A program made the position numbers and the translations under genes. From assembly GCF_000143415.4 (NCBI RefSeq), contig NW_003314289.1, forward strand, positions 752,292 through 816,291: a DNA stretch of 64,000 bases, in the 5' to 3' direction. Positions 58,826-64,000 of this stretch are shown one piece after another. Each line of letters opens with the position of its first letter. The stretch's first letter is position 1. The stretch comes from Selaginella moellendorffii. Taxonomy: Eukaryota; Plantae; Lycopodiophyta. Below the pieces are notes generated by a model. The model searched no databases. It was given only the letters and a program-made list of their open reading frames with translations, and had not been told where the DNA came from.

Positions 58826-61261
58826 ATGAAGAAGCGCCGAAAATCGGGGCCAGGGAACTCTTCCGATTTCCTCGAGAAATGGATTCGTGCGGAGGCGCTA
58901 GCTCCAGGCAGCAATCCCATGGCAATCAAGCTGCCCCGCCAGGTCCTGGTGAATCCAGCCACCGGCTTCAAGCCCTACGCTGGAGCCTCGCGGTTTGATC
59001 AGCTCCCTCTCTCCGGCAAGACGCTCAAGGGATTGAAAGAGGCCAAGTATGAATCCATGACAGAGATCCAGCGCGCAGCTCTTCCCCACGCTCTCGCTGG
59101 TCGTGATGTTCTTGGAGCAGCAAAGACTGGATCGGGGAAAACGCTAGCATTTCTCATCCCGGTAAGAGTTCACGAAGGGAACTCTCTTTTTTTCTCACAT
59201 ACTTTTCTGGCTAGCTAGTCGAGAAACTATATCGTCTTCGCTGGAGGAGTGGCCACGGTCTCGCGGGTCTCGTTATATCTCCAACGAGAGAGCTGGCCGA
59301 GCAGATCTTTCGAGAGCTTGGCAAGGTTGCAAAGCATCACAGGTTCTTGACACGAGGCTTGCTGATCGGGGGATCTCACGACGTTGGGCTGGAGAGCAAT
59401 CGCGTCGGGGAGCTGTGCATCCTCGTCGCCACTCCAGGGCGTTTGCTGCATCACTTGCACCAGACTGCCACTCTCGACTGCACCTATCTCCAGGTACCGC
59501 TTCAAAGTTTGTTCTTGCTCGAGCTCGGAGTGTAAAGATCTAACTTTGCAAGGTGCTTGTGCTGGATGAAGCCGATCGGATTCTCGACTCCGGCTTTGCG
59601 AGAGAGCTGACAGACATCTTGGCTGCCCTTCCGAAACAGCGGCAAACTTTGCTCTTCTCAGCGACGCAGACGCGCTCTGTCAGCGATCTCGCGAGGCTCA
59701 GCTTGCGTGATCCGGAGTACCTCGCCGTGCACTCCGAGTCCGCCGTGGCGACGCCAGCCACCCTGCAGCAAAAGGTGGTGATCGTCAAGCTTCACCGCAA
59801 GATAGAGACCTTGTGGCGGTTCATAAAAACGCGGCTCTCGTCGAAGCTTTTGGTGTTCCTTTCCACCTGCACGCAGGTAAGTTGGCCCGTTTTCTCACAT
59901 TTTCCGTCACCTTTCTAAGCAAAGATGATGTGAATCGTCATTCTTCGCAGGTGAAGTTCGTGTACGGGGCTTTCAAGCACTTGCGAGCTGGTGTTCCGCT
60001 CTCGTGTCTCCATGGCCGCCAGAAGCAAGGCAAGAGGGACCTGGTTTTCAGCAACTTCAATCAGGCCCGACCCTCGGTTCTCTTTGCGACTGATATTGCT
60101 GCGAGAGGCTTGGATTTCCCAGCGGTAGACTGGGTTGTCCAGGTACGTTCTTCTCTCGAGTTGTGTGATCTTAGCCGTGTTCTTATTTCCTTCGTCTTTG
60201 TTTTTGGAGGTCGACTGTCCAGAAGACGTAGAAACTTACATCCATCGCGTCGGAAGGACTGCTCGTAACAAGCTCAAAGGCAAGAGCCTCCTGCTTCTGG
60301 ATCCATCGGAAGTGAAAATGATAGAGCTGCTCAGGCAGCACAAGATTCCTATCGAAGAGGCAGCGGAGGCTGCTCCGCGAGGGGAGTCTTGCGACTTGTC
60401 ACAGCAGATAGGCGCGTGGCTTTCCAAGGATCCCGGACTCAAGCACAGCGCCCAGCGCGCCTTTGTCACTTACGTTCGCTCGGTCGTCCTGCAGCGGAAC
60501 AAGGAGGTTTTCAACGTTGGCAAGCTTCCGCTACCCGAGTTTGCGTTCTCTCTCGGCCTGGCGATCGCTCCCCGGATCCGGTTCCTGGGAAAGCAGGCTG
60601 CAAGCGTGAAGAATGAATCCCAGTCCTTGAAGAACGAGCTGGCGAAGTCGTCCTCTTCGTCTTCCAAGGTGGCCGGAGAAGTTAAGTCTTGCGCGGCTGA
60701 TGAAGATGGCGACTTGTTCATGCGGCTGAAGAAACGGGGAAGGGACGTGATCAAGCCAGCAGCAGCAGCAGCACCAGGATCTGTGAAAGCGTAAGTTTTT
60801 GTTCGGAGTTTTAGAAGATGGCTCATTGTTTTCGTCTTGCAGACATAAGAAGACGAAGAGGCTAAAGATTGATGCGCGAAGTGGTACAGGGCAACGTATG
60901 GTGTTCGATGAGCATGGAAGTAGCCAGGACGAGAGAGGAGGTAAGGAACTTTGGAGCTCCAACGCTCGAGTGATCTTGTTTAGATTTTGTAGGCGGTGTG
61001 GAAGAGTTTGATCGGGAGATCGCGGAGAGGTACAAGCGGTTGCAGCAGGAGATGAAGGAGAGGGACAGGCAAGACAAGGTTTTGGAGCGGCTGAGGCTGC
61101 GAGACAAGCGTCTCAAGCGAAAGGCGAAGGAGCAGAAGCTTGATCTTATTGACGAGGATATGTCGGAGCAAGGAGATGACAAACCGGAACTCCTCGACTC
61201 CTTGTCTCTAGCCGATCAAGAGGCCCTCGCTCTCAAGCTGCTAAGTCGATCAAACCATTGA
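58826..61261 (+). CDS. DEAD-box RNA helicase, DBP4/DDX10 (RH32) type
   Basis: [50 protein letters not shown], then [12 protein letters not shown]...SLGL..AP.IRF. Confidence 0.92.
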
Positions 61262-61383
61262 CGCTGGCGTTTTGTGTCTGCCACAAGAGGATTTAGTTTC
61301 GAGAAGAGAATTCGCTTTGCAAAGAACCTGTGATAGACGATCACGTCCACTTTGGTAACATGATGGGCATCTTTGTTGTCATC

Positions 61384-64000
61384 CTAGTCGAGAATAGTGT
61401 TAACGTTTGAAGTGATGGCTCTCTTTAGCTTGAGAAGCTCATCGATATCGCTCTGGACAACATCGAAGCCAACCTACAAGAAAAACGAAACTTGAGGTCC
61501 CTGAAGAGAAAAAGAAAAAACTAACCAGTCTAAAAACGCTGATGGCGCCAGTGCTGCCCCCGGCCAAGACGACTGGAGCGTCCTCCGAGAAGAGCAAGCA
61601 CGAAAGCTTGGTATTCGCGAAAGGATATACAATGACGGGTTTCATCGCCGTGACAGCCATATCCCATATCTGTCGTAGAATCCGAGCTGAGAAAATTAGA
61701 AACAAGGATTTCAGTGCTTGCCTCTAAACGACCGTCGTCCGATACAGTCCCAAAAACGCACGAATGCTTGCAAGACCAGCGAATGTCGCCGACGCTTTCA
61801 TTTGCAGTCTGGAAAACCAGCAATGCGCTTTCCTGCACTGAACATTCCATCCATTTGTATCAACGTAGACGCATCTATACGCAACGGCTTACTTGTTCTT
61901 CGCGCCAGAGCCGAACGCTCCAGTCGCTGCTACAGCTCAAGAAAATATATGGCAAAACGGTGGACCATCTAACCTGCAAACGAGATGAATCAATCACACA
62001 TATATAGATAGCGGCATTTTGTTTACCTGAAAAACGGGTCCGGTGTGTCCTACGTAGCTTTGCAAGTATTGTTCGTTATAAGAACGACTACATTTGTGAA
62101 TCAGTCCCTCCTCGGTCCCTACCAGATACAAGCTGGAATAGCAAAGCACACATTTATGACCAATTCGAGCACAAGAAAAGTACGTCGAAGTACCTTGGGT
62201 CCCGAGGAGAGAAATCAAAGCATAACCCTGCTGCATGACGGGATATGAATGGTTGTGGTTGTGCTCCTTTGCTATGAGCCATAATCTTTTTGAGTCTCAT
62301 CAAATTGACGAACTCCAGATCCTATATTCGCGGTTAAGTTTCGCGGAGGAAACACCAAAAAAAAACTAACCTTTTTCAAAGACCACTGAGAAACTCTACC
62401 GTCGGTTGAAATAGATATAAGCGTCTCTCCATGGTCAGAAGTAGCATCGATCCATTGTAGCTTCCAAACAGGATCGTTATGCTTCCCCGTGGAAGCTCCT
62501 GTTTGCATCAACGGTTCCCGTTCCTTGTAATTCTTTGCATCATATACAGCCACATTCCCATCGTAAAAGCCAACTGCATAAAAAACGCCAATGAAGTCAG
62601 TTCAAAACAATCAGTAAGAGTACTGTTACCTGCAAGGAGGTTGGGACTATTTGTAGAGAAATCCAAGGCTGTGACATCAGAATGTGTTGGTATGGTTGCG
62701 TGAGGGTATCTCGGATTTTTTAAAGACCAAAACGCTATAAGACCGCCCTTTTGCGTCCCGAACTCAAACTCTCCGTATCCTACACTAAGGAGATCCCTGC
62801 TGGTCTGCGAAAAACGTGCAACAATGTCGGTAAAAAATGGGAAAGGCAAAACCTCTCGCACCTTGTTCCACACCATACAGCTGACATTCCTCCCTTCCGT
62901 AAGGTCGCACTGGAAATCCCAAAGTTTGTGGACTTGTTCTGCTGAGAGAACATCGCCGCTGGTACCATTACTGCTGGGAGACGAGGACGCACTTTTTGTC
63001 TGAGATACCGGCGAACTAGAGCTGCTATATTTCCGTGGCATAATCCGCTTCTGTTCTCTTGGTTTAAAATCTCGGTAGAACAAAAGCTGCAAAGACACTT
63101 GGAGGCCTTGGCAGAAGTATCGAAATAACGTCAAGATAATTACCTTGTCATGAAAAGTGTTCAAAACGACTGCTCTCTCGGCGATTTCCAAGGCTTTGAC
63201 AAGTCCGGCCAAGCGATTGATATCCACCTTTCGGCTAGCAAACATGGTGAGAGTCATAAGCTCTTCCGCCCCAAGCATGCCTTCGCCACCAGCTCTCTGC
63301 ATAGTGTTTGAGATTATGGAGCTTCTTCTCTGTGTTCCCATCAAGCTTCCACGGCCGGATAGCCTACGATTGAACATAATGCTGCCGCTTATCGATTTCT
63401 CAATACTTCCCCTTCGCGAGGTTGAAAAGCTTCCTCGCCGTGAGGGTGATATGCTCGCAGTAGTAGAGCCTCTTCTCGACGGTGCAATGCTGCCTAGTCC
63501 CGATCCTCTTCTAGTCGAAGGATCTATACTTAACAGTCCAGACTCCCTTCGGGATGGAAATCCACCAATTCCAGACCCTCTTCTTGAACCGGGTAGATTC
63601 AAATTTCCAGACATTCTTCGACCCTGTGAATGTGATTTTAGATAAAAACTGCCACAGTCTTTTACATACCTGTAATAAGGGAGGAGGCTCACTAGCTTCT
63701 TCCAAGTATCCCGCAGATACAAGATCAGCAACACTCTTTCTGTGGTCAGCGGTTTGTTCGGATTCGTCGTCGTCCTCAGTTTTCAAAGGATCAACTTTTT
63801 CTTCTTTTACATTGCCGGAGTAAGAATCTGAGATGTCCCATGAATTTGCCTGTCAACTGGCAGAAATGTGAATGAGTTGTACATCAAAAAGTAACATGCC
63901 GAAGGAACAACTTGGCACCTGACACTCTTCAGATTGTTTTGGCAGTGCAAAAAACTGCGCCTCCTTGCATTTTTGCAAGCTCAAAGCCGTTTGAGCGCTG
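61384..64000 (-). CDS. Axonemal dynein intermediate chain, WDR78/DNAI4 (IC138)-like; 5' end outside window
   Basis: GRNVSCMVWN, GYGEFEF, WSLKNP.YP, GKHNDPVWKLQW, SISTDGRV, YLVGTEEGLIHKCSRSYNEQYL WD40 blocks across GT-AG introns. Confidence 0.85.

Overview
Eukaryotic, gene-dense plant DNA with very short (~50-80 nt) introns. The combination of an axonemal dynein intermediate chain, cyanovirin-N homologs and S-motif-rich PLS PPRs points to a seed-free vascular plant; Selaginella is the best guess (inference). Positions 1.9-24 kb are a rearranged accessory region. It holds a ~6 kb tandem duplication carrying tRNA-Glu head-to-head with a Fic-domain (AMPylase-type) gene, a spliced gene fusing an RPW8/MLKL-like helical domain to a dirigent domain, an EDEM-type mannosidase (MNS5), a secreted bulb-lectin gene plus a lectin pseudogene, a Ty3/gypsy relic and scrambled gene fragments. 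The remainder carries an ATL RING ligase, an SH2-less CudA/STAT-like protein, ALMT, two PPRs, VTE4, LKR/SDH, a frameshifted GMC oxidoreductase, a second gypsy relic, three CVNH lectins, threonine aldolase, a macrodomain protein, a DBP4-type helicase and a WDR78/IC138-like dynein chain. The strongest novelty candidates are the plant Fic genes and the helical-domain/dirigent fusion. All family assignments come from motif recognition by eye; no searches were run.
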